DNA from: Lingula anatina
Taxonomy: Eukaryota; Animalia; Brachiopoda
Direction of reading: 5' to 3'
Assembly (NCBI GenBank): GCA_051362555.1
Contig: CM120642.1
Span: forward strand, 20,770,001 to 20,834,000
DNA: 64,000 nucleotides
Positions 14,810-30,339 of this stretch are shown here, piece by piece. A model generated the notes under the pieces. That model did not search any database. It was not told where the DNA came from and saw only the letters and a list, made by a program, of their open reading frames with translations. Each line of letters opens with the position of its first letter. The stretch's first letter is position 1. The position numbers were made by a program, and so were the translations under genes.

Positions 14810-16196
14810 GTCAGGAGGGGACTTATGACACAGTGTCTCTAATCAGTCTTCTCATTTGTCAGCGTTACACACAATTAATCAAGCTTAATGCGTCCGTTTG
14901 ACTTTAACACAGTCCTACATCAGCTTAGTGGACGCTTATTGGCCGCAGTGATCGATCTGTATTAATGAGTTATTTGGCATTTTAATAACCTACGTTGCCC
15001 GGCACATTGATTATTTCTTGAGAAATGTTTACTATGGACACATCTATAACTACGGTCAATATCACAATTGACAACTTTTGTATTCATACGTGATAAACAT
15101 ATCGACCTGATTTTAGTATAAGCAACACCACTCAGGTCCTACAAAAATAGCGTACACAAAAATTCCTCGTGGTCCAATTAATATACAAAGGGATTGGATT
15201 TTAAAAGTAACGGAGTCGATTTTATTTCGTATCAGCATTTAGCAATTGTTTTTAGATTGATGAACATTGTTGAATACTTTACCTAAAATATTTAAACTTC
15301 AGAAATGAAAAAGATAATTATATGCGAATAATCTACGGGATATTCCACCAAAAAAGTGAACATTTGAGTCAACGACAGAGGTGCATCCATTTTGTGTAAA
15401 ATTAGCATATAATTAAGTATTTTGCCGTGATTTTTAATTACCGTTGGATTATTTCCACATTTGAGGGTACTTTTGTATGAAACATAAAAAATAATGGATT
15501 CTGGGCAAAATTATGCAAATTTTATATAAAATGCGTAGGCTCATTTTTTTAGCGGGATGACCTCTGTAAAAATGAACGGGTGATTTGCAACAAATATTAC
15601 GTTCCAACAACTAGACCCTCTTCAATCGAAATAACTTTATTATTATGCTGCAATACTTAAGGCTTTTTGTCATTTGGGAATGTCAAATTAATGACTTGTC
15701 AAATCAGTGCGGGGAAGTTGACGTTGACGGCCGAAAGGAAAAGTAGACATTACGCTATCATAGTATTTTTTATGCAGTATTTCTCTCTGATAATTCATCA
15801 CTATGCATTTAACCGAATGATAGATTGTTGACGACGGGGTCGTTTCGCAAGCTTTTGACAAAAAGGTAAGTAGACCAATTCAATAGTGATATATGCAAAT
15901 GATTGTTCATTCATTGTAGTTTACATCTCACTTTAATGTCTATTTAACTCCATGGGTACCACATTATTAAGTGGTTCCTGGCTCATTTTTTATTAAATTT
16001 TACGTTATCAGGGTCATAAAAGATAAAAGATTCCGCTGTGGTAATTTAAGAACTGTTTTGCTGGATACGAGATTGTTCATCCTCGTAAACTGAATTTGTA
16101 GTGTAGGTAAAGATAGCGGAATGCAATAAATAACAAGTAGCCATGCATATGTTCATGTTGGAGAGTTTATCCTGTCTAAAATTTTGTATTCATAGT

Positions 16197-16381
16197 GGGC
16201 CATTCAGAACAAATGAAGCAGGGACCTAACAATTAAATATCGAAGCCGAGATTTAATCCGTTTAATAGCGCGTGTGGAGGCGGGAAGAAAATCGGGAATC
16301 AGCGGCATCGCTTTGAAGTGTGGTAGGCCATATTTAATCGGCTGATCAGTTAGTACTCGGAACATCTATTCTGAATGGCCC
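16197..16381. mobile_element. Short Harbinger-like MITE
   Basis: GGGCCATTCAGAACAAATG ... CATCTATTCTGAATGGCCC inverted termini. Confidence 0.6.
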
Positions 16382-17540
16382 TATAGTTGTTTATTATTAA
16401 GTATATTTGGATGCTGATGAAAATATATTGATTGGAATTTTTCTCTATCTCAGTATGGTAGTACCTGAGTGGTAAAATACACATTGAACCACGCAGCCCT
16501 GTATTTTGATATCATAACTCCTAAATTTTCCAAATATGTTTGCCAAATAACAATTGCCAAATTATACAAAGTAGGGTTCGTGTGTTTTTAAAGGAAGGTC
16601 AATTTTGCAGACCTGTACCATTAGACGGAATTTGATACCGAAATAACGGTTAATGACATTGCATTTTCAGCCGTTGAAAATATACTTATATTAACATTCT
16701 TTGATTTTTAGTGAAAAAAAACTGCTAATGAAGAAAAAGCATACGTTCTAAAATAACATAGAGTTAAAGGTAACAGCATTTTACTGGCACTACCATACAA
16801 ACATTGAATGAAACTGAAAAACGTTTATGTACTAAGAGTCAAAAACTGAACTGTTCATCATGACGTACATTATATACATTAGAATGGCCATTAACTGACG
16901 TCAATGATGAATACTTTTTAACATTTAACCCATATCAAAGGGTATGCAACTTTGGAATTTAATCGCATTTATGTAAAAAAATGAATGATCGTTTTACTGT
17001 TCGAACTGCTGTTTCGCTTTAAATATGTTCATGCTAATAACAGTGCCATTTTCCCCTAGTTTGCTCTGTCTCGAAAACATGTTACATCATCTAAAATAAT
17101 GAACATAAGTAAAAAAAAAATCGAAAATTGAAAATCTGCATGTGACCGTTAGATATATTAGCTTAATCCTTGTATCTGATTTTAGAAACTCGGAAGTGTG
17201 GTGGTCGGTTTTTACTTGAACATATCGTCGATAACGTTTTTTGTTTGCGCTAAGATTCCTCGATCTGTCGCTAAAACTGACACTACTGAACTAGCAATTA
17301 TTACAACATTCTGTTTCATTAACCATGCGCAGAATTTGTATCTAGTTTTCTCTTTTAAGAAAAAATGTTCTCGACACCCTTATCTAAACCATCCAATGTA
17401 AAACAGTAAAATAATTGGAATATGGGTCGCATTTTTGACAAAAATTCAAGCAATTGCATGTCTTCATGATAAGATTATTTACAGTGCTACAGTATTGATT
17501 CATTTATCATCCACTGAGTTGATACAAAGCTTCTATTATC

Positions 17541-19615
17541 CTATATCGACACATCAACCATAGAGTCCGCTTTCTGTTTTTCTTCACTTTTATGCTTCTC
17601 TTCCATTTGGTTCTCTAACATACTCGGTCGAACACTTTGCGGGGATTTTTTAAGGTAAATAGTCAAACCTGCAACGCCACCAATGACAACTGCAGAGGCG
17701 ACACCGGCGATTATACCAATCATCATACCGTCCACTCCGTTCGATTGGCCAGATAAGTTTTCTTTCGCGGATTTTTCTTGCTCTGCGGCGATTGGTGTCG
17801 TCCCTATACCTGTCTTATCAGGCATTCTGGGTGAGGCTTTGGAAGATAGGGCTTCTGTACGGTTGGTCTTTGTTTCTCTGAGTGAAACGGCCAACGATGT
17901 CACAGATGGTGATGTGTGGTCCTGAAGGGTGCCAAATTTGGAAGAAACTGATGTTATTTTGTCCCGGGAACTCACTGTGGTATTACTGGCAATTACCGAG
18001 TTCCTCTTTGTATTTCTGGTTGAATCTGTCCTTGCCGTCACATATGGTGCAGTGTTGTCCTGTGAAGAAACTGACGTTATTTTGTTCTCGGAACTTACAG
18101 TTGTCTCGCTTCCTGATGGTGTCGTTTGAATGGTCGTAGACTCCGCACATTTAGATTGGTAGTGTCTGTACCAGTCTGAAGTCCCTGGGGTAGCAGTGCT
18201 GCTTGCAGTTCCACCTTAAGGGGAAAAATAATTATCAAAATAAAATATGAACCCAACAATGTCTTCAGTACTTAAACTAAAATTTCGCATGCGGAATCTA
18301 AATATCGGCATGAGAATATCCCTGCTAAGAAGAAAACATTGGAAATAAGGTGTAATTTGGGGTGTTTTGAATTACTTCCGTAGGCCTTTAAACATTTCCA
18401 CTCGCTTCAAACCCCCTTAAGTTAGAGTCGGAAGTCTTGATCTGGAATTTTATTTTGGAATATAGGAGAGATGCCGTCTCCTCCTACACTAGTTTATGCA
18501 GTTCTCTGTACATTCGCAGAAATACAAGAAAGTCTTGTCAGTAACTTACATGTTTGTAGCGTGGGTAAAATGTATGTGTTTGGACAGAAATTATTGTTGA
18601 AATCTTCAACAAAAACAAGTGTTCTCTTTCAAATAAAGAAAATTGCAATGAATAGGCAAAGAAAGAGTTTAATGAGGTGCCCTTCAATCTCCACAGTTTG
18701 ACATGAAGTATATGGCAAAAAAAAAAAAATAAAAGCAACAAAAATATTATTATTATTATAGTAATTTACCTGAACAAAGAGCCTTGGAAAAGTTGCTGGT
18801 AAAATGAACAAGGTCATCAAATGTGTTTAAGACGAAAGTATGTTCTTCTGCGGGGGCTGTGGCCATAGCTTGTAGTTCCAGGATATCAACCTCTGCCCCC
18901 ACGCCTATAATATACAACTCGGCGCCCCTCTGCTTCAGGCTATCCGCCTCCCTCACAACCTTACACAAATCCGATGTCTTCTGCGTGGTTATAAGCACTG
19001 CAATTTTCCTGGTATTTGTACTGTTCGCTCGTTTTGCTAAATTATTTGGATAAAGAGCTGATGGAAAAAATTTTGTTGCCCAATATGTGCTGTCTGCTCG
19101 CAAATCCGGATTAAAGGTAATTTTGCCGATGAAAAAGTCTAACACATCGTTTGAAAGTTGTATATCTAGACTGGTAATAATTTTGGGCGCATTTGCTGAT
19201 GAAACAGAAAACACTGCTGTTTGTACGTTTTCTGGACCCAAAACAAATGAGGTATTTATCATACCCTTGATAAATTGCTGAAGTCTTTCCGTCTTATCCA
19301 AAAAATGAACTGCGTCCAACATGAAACCAATGTCTGCATTGTCTGTCTCTGAAACAAATATATTGAATTTATGATGTTTGAGCACAATCATTTATAATAG
19401 TTAAATGGGATCAAGTCTATACTAACAGGGTACATGCGTGTATTTTTTCAAAAGTCTTTCACAATTTTTTCGTTAATTATTATGACGTTTACTTTTCCAT
19501 TTCTCCTTGTATGTATAAAATCAAAATTATACGTACTGCAAATATTGTTTGCTCCTTGGGTTAAAACCAAAGGGATGACCAACAAAATCAAGTACTCGTA
19601 AATTGTACTACCCAT
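17541..19615 (-). CDS. VWA paralog 1: signal peptide + VWA domain + Ser/Thr mucin stalk + TM + short tail (~443 aa)
   Basis: Exons 19615-19537 (MGSTIYEYLILLVIPLVLTQG..), 19348-18770 (ADIGFMLD...KIAVLITT...LYIIGVG..ELQAMAT.P..HTF) and 18214-17541 (stalk, TM MMIGIIAGVASAVVIGGVAGLTIYL). Phase-1 joins give 1332 nt in frame. The exon-3 acceptor is AAG. Confidence 0.85.
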
Positions 19616-22600
19616 CCTCTACCTTCGAGTGAAGCTGGTGGATATACTTAAAGTGAGTTGATGCTATACAGGTGTGAGAATGTGAGCGCGGACTGATAGC
19701 GGGATGTTATTAATTGTTTATCTACGCTCAGTAGCCTCCTTTATTATCTGACTGAATAGGTTTGCTGACATCTGACATCACCTATCGGCTTATTTTGATT
19801 TGTGGAGGGACGTTTACGAGATTTGGTTTGAGTATCTGTCATGCTCGACACAAAAGAGGAATCTTTCTAAAACTACAAGATTATGTGAAGTTATCAAACA
19901 CCACTGACGGTGCATTCCTTTCAGTCGACAATTGAATTGAAGTGTTTAAATCCCTATCACAGTAATAAACTTGAGTTCATAATTGGTTACAATGCCACTT
20001 TCTATAACGGCACTTGACAATATACTGCAGTTATTGAAATTGATTGGGCGATGAAAAATAAGTTTATCAATTTTACTGGAATAAATGTCCAGCGTCCCAG
20101 GTTTACTTTCGGATAAGTCAGGGCTGGATTGTGTGTGTCAATAAAGTGAAGTAGTCGCAGGTTCTTATTAGAAGATAAGTAAGTGATACTTGCTATCTAT
20201 TAAAGACTTAAGCATGGTAAGTCTTTATCCATCATAAGACATGCCTTCATGATTCACTGACTGTCATTGGTTATTGAAAGAAACTAACAAAACTCACAGT
20301 TTCAAGGCAAAATTGATATTCGTCAGCGGTGCCACAGATTCTTAAAAAAGAGTTAATGATTCAGACTGATATAAATTACTTTTGGTAAATCTCCGGAGTT
20401 GAAATCTTCAAAATCTCACATTTTCTATCCTCTGACTATGAATGATAATTTATGAAACTCAATTTCTATGCTTAGGCCAATTTTGACCAGCCAAGAAAAT
20501 GTAGAAAATGTGATACTTGTACGGTGTGTTTGACTGATTTGAATTTCACTAATTGTGCAGAATGTTTAAGTGAACTTTAAAATAGTTTGTCTTAAATACA
20601 ACCTATATGCACTAATTAAATCACAAAAATCTTATTTCTGCAGACATGTACTTTTCTATGGGACCTCAATGTTATAGCAAAAACGTGCCTCTTTTCACCT
20701 GTTGCTGTACCATGGAATATACAGGTATCAGTCCAGAGTTGAAATTGACTGCCTACTTTTCAAATGCTATCAAGGGATTGAGATCCAAAGACGTACCTTT
20801 CCGTTATCGCTTGATATTTTGTGTTTGAATGTGTATATATACATATATAATGGCGCTTTATTAATGACATAAACGGGCACATTCAGTAATTAAACAGTTG
20901 TTAGATGTATCACATAATCTGACTTCGCTACTGCAATTAGCGCCTGTCTCATAAGCTTGAAAGAGCCCGAGCAATTAATAATAAATCTGTCAATTTTATT
21001 GAAACAAGTTTAGAGCGCTGCCGTTTACTTTGGGATAAATCGTAAGGGTGGATTACATGTATCAATACAGTGAAGTAGTCGCGGGATATTATTAGAAGAT
21101 AAGAAACTGATACATGGTATCTTAACGACGCGTCTTCTAATTTCACAATGCATGTGGTACACACCAGATAGTAATATCTATCTTCATTACATAAGCGGAA
21201 TGTTTTATTAGATTCTCTCGGATTTTTTAGTGGCAAGGCTGGTGAAAAGTTTGTTTATATGTGCATCTTGACAACGACTGCCGTTAAGGTACTGTCGTAC
21301 TTAGCGTATAGCACTAACGCAGGAGAAAAATTCCTCATTATCCAAACCCAATAAAGAGGTGCATTTCACATGTTGAAATGTCAAAAAATAAAATTTAATG
21401 AATTCAAGTTGTATTCAGTTTTTTAAAACATAGGCCTATATGTTTATTGAACAAAAATCCACGACTGTCTCTGAACGTTTTGCATTTGTGACAGTAACGT
21501 AGGCCTACGCTCAGTTTTAGGGCTAGACGATGAATTATTTTTCTATTATTCATGGTGCCAGGAGAGTTAAACTTTGATACACTTCATGTTGGACCCTAAT
21601 ATAATAAAACATAGTTTGCAATCTGTGCACTAAATATTTTAAAGAGCATGCAGAGAAACGCAAGGGGTTCGTTAAACTTGTTACTCATACATTTGTACGT
21701 CTCGAGTACGCACGTTGGGAGGGAGATAATGTTTTGAGTAGATAAAAAATTTCTACCCTGCAGAAATCTTCATTTTAACAAGCTAGGAACAGGGTGGTTT
21801 CTTATGGGCCATATGCCGTTTATAATCCCTACATTTTCGTGAAAAAAGTATTGCCTTTGATATTTCCGCTATCTCCTCTACGACAATTAGAGTGAAGAAC
21901 TTGGAGATTGATAGACCCCTCATTAGCAATGTACATGGGCCCTTCAGAATTATGGTGCACCTGGGAATAACGATTCTTTTCTTATCACTTTGTGATTTCC
22001 ACTATCTCCTCCTAGAGCATTAAATAGAATATCTGAAACTAGAACCTCCCTTTACAAGAATTTTATTAAAGTGTATTTAGAAAAAATGATTGTGTTAGGT
22101 GTGAAGTTCGGCTGTGACAATTGCTCTTAATTAATTGGAATACATGTGGTTGCACACAAACGGATGGGCGTCCTGCGCATTTTCTACTACATGAAATGTA
22201 AGGATTTTTAACCCTTAGACTCGTCTCTGCAAGTCAATGACTTGAAACTTCAGCTGTAATTCTACGGCAGGGCACTGTGATACTTCCAAAATTAAGTTCC
22301 TAGTAAAGCCACTTGCTTTGGCTTTACCCTATGTAAGTGTAATAACTGATGATAAACAATAAAAAACATGCATGAACGAACACTTCTGCATCTTTTTAGA
22401 ATTATTTTTCATTGAAAAACGAAAAGGGGCAAAACGCCCACTATAGGCGTTTTGCCCCATATCAGCATGGGCGTTTTGCCCCAAAGTGAGATTTTGTATA
22501 TCTTTTCAAATTTCGGCGGGAAAGGTGTTATACAATTTGACTTCATCGAGACTTGTATGGAGGTCTGATATCTTCCTATCTGTCACCAACAAAGTTTTTT

Positions 22601-23558
22601 AAATTCGTGCATTTGGTAGGTGGTGTCACTGATGTTAAGGAAAAGGTTAGATAACTGTAAATAAGGCAAAAATGAATAAATCATCATAAAATGCCTACTT
22701 TTTAGTTTGTGGTCATCTCCGTCATGGAGGATTAGTCTGCTGGAAATCGTAAGTGGACAAAACATCAAGAGACGCGTATTTATACGAAATACCTGAAAAA
22801 AGCGGGTGGGCGTTTGACCCCGACTGGGCGTTTAGCCCCGGTCTACCTATTGCTCTTGTTGAAATGATTTGGTGCAGGGATTTGCAGGAATGGTTTCTAA
22901 AAGTTAATAATTTTTATTACATAGATGAATAAATAAAAATGTACAGCAGGCACGATTATTTGATGAGAATCTACTAAAGCCATGAACAAACTGCATAGAT
23001 ATTCACCATACATATACAGTATTACAATAGTTGATTTTTTAGAAAAGAATTAGTGTAGTTCCTGTTGATTATATTACAAGACAGCTTCTTCCCCTAGCCT
23101 ACTTAATCAAAAAGCAGCACCGCTAATGTTTGCTGTTGCATGTACCTACCCAGCGGGCAAATTATGTTGTTTTAACGTTGTTTCAACGTTGAACCATAAC
23201 GTTGATAAAACTTAGGATTAACATTGGATTTGAAAGTTGATTCAACCTCAGATAACAACGTTGTATCTACGTCAGATAACAACATTTTATCAACCCCAGT
23301 TGTAAGACAGCGTTCTTGCATGAAAAGACATTAAAATGACCTGAAATGTTTTTATTTTTGGTACAAAACACAGGTACATAATTATAACGTACACTGTAAA
23401 AACATCCAAGTGCCTGCTTTGTCTGATTTTTTCAACGCATTTAGCTCCTAAGCATGTTTTGCAACTGAGCATGGTACACCCTTTTAGGCTGGATGTGTTT
23501 AGCAGTAGGACATGTTTGATGGCTAAATATATGTAGGGTATATATGTATGGCCTTTAA

Positions 23559-23754
23559 GACCCCATTTCCATAGATTTTAGATCGATCTATCAGCTTAGC
23601 CGGCTTAAGCGTCTGTCCCGCCTACTAAAAAATGTAAGGGGGTAATTAACTATGGTGCGCGCTCGGCTGACTGCAAATTAGCGTGAACCCCCAGGGAGTT
23701 AGGTCGATCTAAATTTTAATCTCTGGATCGATCTAAATCTCTGTGAATACACCC
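23559..23754. mobile_element. PIF/Harbinger-like MITE, TAA TSD
   Basis: TAA|GACCCCATTTCCATAGAT...ATCTCTGTGAATACACCC|TAA, homologous to 8803-9016. Confidence 0.8.
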
Positions 23755-23773
23755 TAAGTTAAAATTTCCAAGG

Positions 23774-23806
<33 letters not shown>

Positions 23807-24448
23807 CAAAGTCACAGTCACCTCAACCTGTCTATCTATAACAGGGTACAGAGAACTGTCAACTTAATTAACTACGTTCCATCACATTTACAGTATTCAT
23901 CCTAGTGTTAGCTGACCTTGCAAGGAATTCAGTTTATTGGAATGTATTTCTGAATAACAAGTTAAGAAAATTCACTAGTTCACTTAAGACACAAAACAAC
24001 TGTCACTTTTACTTTAAACACTTTTTTATTATTTTGATAAAGTTAATTACAGTATTGATAAACAAAGTATCGCGTTTTCAACAATTTATATTTCAAATTA
24101 CAATCCATGTCTGCAAGGTTGTGTCAATGACCAAAATACAACGTTGAGTCAACGTCACATGTCAATAACACAGGAATCCGGGAGGAAGGGGGCAAATGGG
24201 GGGGGGGGAGAGAGAGAGAGAGAAATTGGGACCACACCCTTAACGATAATTTTGACTGGATTTTGACTGGACTGGATTTTAAATCTTACCTTGTACTATA
24301 TTTTTATTATCTTCATATTTTAGCTGGTTATTTTTTTATTTCATTTCATTTATTTCAGATTGTGTGAATCTACCGCTGTAAAGAGTGCTGAACACTCGAA
24401 ATGAATTTTTAAAAGACTTTGAATAAATATATTATTATTATATTATTA

Positions 24449-25678
24449 TTATAATTCCATTTGGAACCCAACCATAAGTTGTGGCAGCTTTTTCAGATAA
24501 GCAATTAAAGCAGCCACGCCACCAAGGAAGACCACAGATGTGATGCCAGCGATTATACCAATCATCACTCCGTCCACTCAGTTGCATTGGCAAGTGAAGT
24601 TTTCTTTCGTTGCGCTTTCTGGTAGTGCGGCGATCGTTGTCATGCCGATCTCTTTCTTGTCAGGCATTCTGGTTTGGGCTTTTGAAAATGGGGCAGCTGT
24701 AGGGTTAGTCTTTGTTTCGCTGGGTGAAACTGTCAGCGATGGCACAGATGGTGAAGTGTGGACCTGTGTGGTGCCAAATTCGACAGAAACTGATGTCATC
24801 TTGTCTTCAGAACGCACAGTGGTATCGCTGACATCTGCGGGATTGGTCTTTGTATCTTTTGTTGCATCAGTGTTGTCTTGTGCAGAAACTGACGTTATTT
24901 TGTGCCCGGAACTCACAGTTGTATCAATTCCTGATGGTGTCGTTTGAATGGTCGTAGACTCCGCACATTTAGATTGGTAGTGTCTGTACCAGTCTGAATT
25001 CCCTGGTGTAGTAGTGCTGCTTGCAGTGCCACCTGAAGGAAAAAATGTCTTCAAAATCAATATACGGACCCAGCAATATTATGAGTACGTAAACAAAATT
25101 TCTGTAGGTGGATTCAAGATAGGTAATGGATTCCCGCTTCTCGCTGTCCCATCAGGGGCAGAGCAATTAAATCTCGGAACGCTTTCAAGTGGGTGGCACT
25201 ATGTTGGTTCTGAATGCGCCCTGTGTAGCTACATTATACTGGACATAACACGTTAATACAAGTACAAGAAAATCTTGTCAATAAGTAATGCCCATGCCTG
25301 TTTGTAAAATTTGTTACTTTAACAAAAAGTTCCTTTTAAAATTCTAACTGCATAATGAATGTTATCTTTCAGTTAAATTACATTGGAATAAATAAACAGG
25401 GAAAAATGTATTGAGGTGCCTACATTATAGACGCAATGGTTTGACCTTAAATATATATATATGACAAAAAAAGCAACGAAATAAAATATAGCATATAAAT
25501 TTTATCACATGCCTTGCAAGGAAAATGTTACAATGGATATTCCTCAGAGTAACTGGCTAATTGTCCTTGCTTCTGCACTTAAATAGAGATACATGCATTT
25601 AAAAAAGAGATCGTTTTACCCAAACTAGTATAATACAGCCTGTAGAGATCTCTTCTTTAATATAATAATGATAATAAA

Positions 25679-25711
<33 letters not shown>

Positions 25712-26568
25712 TTACCTGAACAAAGAGCCTTGGAAAAGTTGCTGGTAAAATGAGCAAGGTCATCAAATATGTTCAAGACGAAAGTATGTTCTTCTGCGGG
25801 AGCTGTGGCCATAGCTTGTAGTTCCAGGACATCTACACCTGCCCCCACACCTATAATATACAACTCGGCCCCCTTATTCTTGACGTTATCCGCCTCCCTC
25901 ACAACCCTGCACAAATCGGATGGCTTCTGCGTGGTAATAAGCACAGCAATTTTCCTGGTATTTGTGCCGTTTCGCTAAATTACTCGGATAAAGAACAACC
26001 GATCTTAAAAATAATAGGGCGAAATTTGTGCTGTTGCTTTGCAAAAACGGGTTTAGTTCTATTGTGTTGATGAAGAAGTCTAATACAGGCGTCGGATGTC
26101 TGTTATTGAGATTGATGAAAGGCTTAGGGTTATTATCAGTCGGCGAAACAGAAAATACAGCTATTTGAACGTTTTCAGGGCCCAACACAAAAGCCGTATT
26201 GACCATACTGGTAATAAATTGCTGAAGTCTTGCACTCTCATTTGCCCCACCGACCGCGTCTAACATAAAGCCAACGTCTGCATTGTCTGTCACTGAAACA
26301 AATATATTGAATTTTGAACTTGTGAATGTGACATTCATAATAATTAAGCAAATAATAACTTATCAATTAGATCAGGAAAAGTCTTTCTTGATATTGAATT
26401 ATACCAGTGGTCTTTGATCATTCTTTTATAATTATGACGGTTACTAGTGTCATTTCCCTTTTATTATAAAAGGACACAATTATACGCACCACAAATATCG
26501 TTTGCTCCTTGAGTAAAAACCAAAGGAATGACCAACAAAATCAAATACGCGTATATTGTATTACCCAT
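24449..26568 (-). pseudogene. VWA paralog 2, disrupted
   Basis: Same exon layout (26568-26490, 26292-25716, 25032-24449). An 8-bp deletion between CCGTTT repeats at ~25970 frameshifts the VWA exon. A GGA>TGA nonsense change at 24578-24580 lies just before the TM. Confidence 0.85.
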
Positions 26569-26779
26569 CCCTCTCCCTTCGATTCACGCTGGTGGACTGA
26601 ACGTCAATACTACAGTTTTCCAGTGTTAGAATGATAGCGGAATGTGATCAAGTTTTTATATCTAATTCTGTATCCTCCTTTATTATATGCAGCGATAATG
26701 ATTAAGTGTTATCGGATAATACTTCGACATGTAGTTCGTCACACCCTTTATAATGGATCAAAAGGGGGTCATCGGTTAA

Positions 26780-26944
26780 TAACATGACGTTCATTACGAA
26801 GTTGTGTGCCCTGAAGGTAGACAAAATAAGGGAATTGAGTCATGAATTAGCCGAAGACTTATATGTGAATATCTAGTAAAAAATCAATCTGTGAGTATGT
26901 TTGATGGTAACTGTTTCCAGTGTCCCAGTAAGCATACGCTGGTC

Positions 26945-26987
<43 letters not shown>

Positions 26988-27983
26988 ACTCATATAGGTC
27001 CATTTAACACTTTTTTATATTTTTTTAAAAATAAGCGAGCGGAAGAATTTTTTGTCCTAAGTACAAAATAAAATAATAATTTGTCCAACTTACAAAATGA
27101 AATAATAATTACTAGCTTATCTGTTCTCACACAAACAACATAAACGGACTAAATTTTAAACATTTGTTATTGTTGGTGGCAGGTCCATCTCACATTCTCC
27201 AATCGATCTAGTTCATTTTTACTATAGCAGAAAATCTGCAACTTGTCAGAATGCGAGTATGGGGGTCTAATGTTTCAAAAAATGTCTTGAGTGTTTATTT
27301 CAAATTATACTCTCTAAATAGCTCGTCATCGGCGGATTTTTAATTTTTAAAAATTGAAAAACCTTCGTAAAGTTTTTATTTTATTTAATTTTTTGAAATT
27401 ATTTAATTTATTTATTTTTTATTTATTTGTTCATTTATTTATTTATTGGTGCACGCATTTTTAGTTGCTTAATGTTTTTTTTTAATATTTTAGCCATTAA
27501 TAAAATCTTCAATTTAGTTTATCCATTATAAACAAGGGAATAGGGTGACAGGACACAGTTGACTTCAATGATTTTAGATGAAACACGGCAAAACTGCATT
27601 CTCATAGAAAGTAATTTGCAAATCCTTCGTTACCAGGCATTGTGAAAAATATACTTGAGATTGAAGGCAAAATGTGTCAGTAAAATAAATGAGCCTCTTG
27701 TGATACCCCTTTCAGCGAGGTTTAATTTTTGTTGGTATTAATAACGTGCGAATATCATCCAAAAGTGTTTATTATTATTATTATTACCAAATTAGGTTAA
27801 ACCTTCGTTACTTCGTCCCCATACTAACAAGGCATGAATTTGAAAAAAAAAATCAATGACTTATAAAAAAAATCCTAGAATAATCACTTTCTGTCAGTGA
27901 TTTAGAAAAAAATATTCGCGACTATATCTTTAACTTCATTTTTCACTTTTCTGGTTTCTTCAAATGTACTTTTATATTGAGAA

Positions 27984-28031
<48 letters not shown>

Positions 28032-28580
28032 TATTAAGCTTATACTGTTACATGTGAACATGACTGTTGTTTTGATAAAACCATCGTACATGTAATTAAA
28101 AAGATAAATGTTAGCTTCACAATATAGAGATAATGTACAAGGTACAAGCAGTATTTGTTATCAATGACAACAAACATCAATGTAGCGTATTTGCTCACAC
28201 GTGCTTGTACTACAAAACAGTGGAGTAGCGATTGTTCTCTCACTATTAAAAGCCTCTTGGGGGTTAAGAGGATCGACAATTTGTACGTTGTCGATGCAAT
28301 GTTTAATTTGAGAATTCTTTTACTGATATATCGGAATCACACCCCCAAATTTTTCGTACTCATATTCCCGAGATTCCAGATACCTCTTTTTGTTTGTTGT
28401 CTTTTCGTTCAAATTATGCATGGTCAGCTGGTGCACCCCTTGGCAAGTTAAAATATTTTTGTCAATTAAAATATTGACTCAATTATTCTCAGGATCCAAA
28501 AATTCATCAATGTCATAGGTTATTGGATTATATTTTATTATGAAAAAAAAAGTCTGGATGGTAACGCTTGCTTTTAATTT
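26780..28580. repeat. Segmental duplication block homologous to ~36240-37690 (upstream of VWA paralogs 2 and 3)
   Basis: Long colinear similarity, e.g. GGAGTAGCGATT..CTCACTATTAAA at 28221/37324 and TCTCACATTCTCCAATCGAT at 27188/36611. Further blocks are 21890-22160~28860-29100 and 22850-23150~30026-30300. Confidence 0.85.
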
Positions 28581-30339
28581 ATATATAAAAAGTCTTTATA
28601 AAAAGTCCGAGTTTTTGTGATGTTTTCATAAGTAATTCGTATCTGTTTCTTGGCAACATACCGGTACGTACGGTTCAAGCAGGATCCTATGAATATTTTT
28701 AATTCTATCTGAACAAATCTGTAACTTAATCCCACAGGGACAAGTTTTCTACCAGAAATGTGTAAAATTCCACGATTCCGCACGATTTGTAAAATTAATC
28801 GATTCCACGCGGTTCGTGGAATTCGTAGTCGGCGTGGAATATGGGTATTAGAGTGATTGAACCATCTATAACAATATGCATGGACCCTTCGGAATTCTGG
28901 GACACCTGGGAGTGACGATTCTTTTTTTATTATTATTATTTTGTGATTTCCACTATCTCCTCCTAGACCATTAAACAGAAACTAGAATCTCCGTTTACAA
29001 AAAAATTTATAGAATTCAGAAAAAAACATGATTGTGTTAGGTGCAAAGTTCGGTTGTGACAATTGCTCTTTATTGATTGCAATACATGTGGTTGTGCACA
29101 ATACGTCTGCTTGCTTTTAGGTTACAAACCACTATTAAAAATCCCATTCACTTCCATTGTAACGTTTAATTCTCTTAAAAATATTTCCCATGCATCAACA
29201 AACACAACACTTCAGGTTTAAATACTTCTATTCAATAACAATATTAAAAAATCAGGGTACATTAATGGCATAGCTTGCCAGTGACATGACATGACCCGTA
29301 AGGTGCTGCCGCCAGTCAGCCAAAATAAGCACTAAAATGCAGCAGAGGGGAGGGCATGTAAAACTGGCCCCAGGCAGTAAAATTTCACTCTGATATGAAA
29401 AATAACACATCAAATTAAAGGTAAATGAACAAATTAATTTCTAAAATTTATTTCAAAATTTTCAAATGATCCAAAATTGAAAAATAAACTCATTTTTCTC
29501 TTATATGCAAATCTTCTTGATTCAAACTTGCTAAACAAGGAAGGCCGGAAGTGCCGTATAACCTAAATGTATCATTCCAGCCTCCTAATATACAGAGCTT
29601 ATTTTATTGCCAGTCTTCAGGTAAAATGGTCAAAAGCGTAGCCAGCACTTTTATTGAAACCACCAAACTTTCCGTCATATAATTTGTTGTTACCCTCTAC
29701 CAGGGCCGCAATTATTATTTTGGACATTTTTTGCTGAATCGACTGAGAGCCAAAATGACTGTCTATTTAGCTATAGACGGATCCGCGAATATCTGTGGAA
29801 AATCAATCTGTCGCCCTGGTAGAGGATAATTTGTTGTAATGTTCAGGTTGATAAGTACATTCACACGAAATATATCCTTTGTAGAAATATATTCTTTTAT
29901 ATTCTTCTACTATCAACATTTATGAATCTATCTACAAGGGTGCGCAGGAGGATCCTAATCTCGAATACCATCAATTTATCCGTATATTGATTAACTACAT
30001 GCATATCAAATATGCCTCAATGTATATTGCTTTTGTTGAAATGATTTGGTGCAGGGATTTGCAGGGATGGTTTATTTAAAAGGTATTAATTTTCATGACA
30101 CAGATGAATAAATAAAAATGTACAGCAGGCACGATCATTTGATGATCATTTGATGCATAAATATTTTTCATGCATATGTTACAATAGTTTTTAAGAAAAG
30201 AATGGGTGTAGTTCCCGTTGATTATTTTACACGACAGCCTCTTCCCCTAGCCTACTTAATTAAAAAGGAACAGTGCTAATGTTTGCTGTTGCATGTGCCT
30301 ATGTGTAACAGTGCTAGTAATTGCCAGTAAGTTTCAAAT

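Noticed and set aside
23149-24160. CCCAGC terminus with AACGTT repeats, possible CACTA/EnSpm-like element
   Set aside because: The second terminus and TSD could not be found, so boundaries are unsupported.
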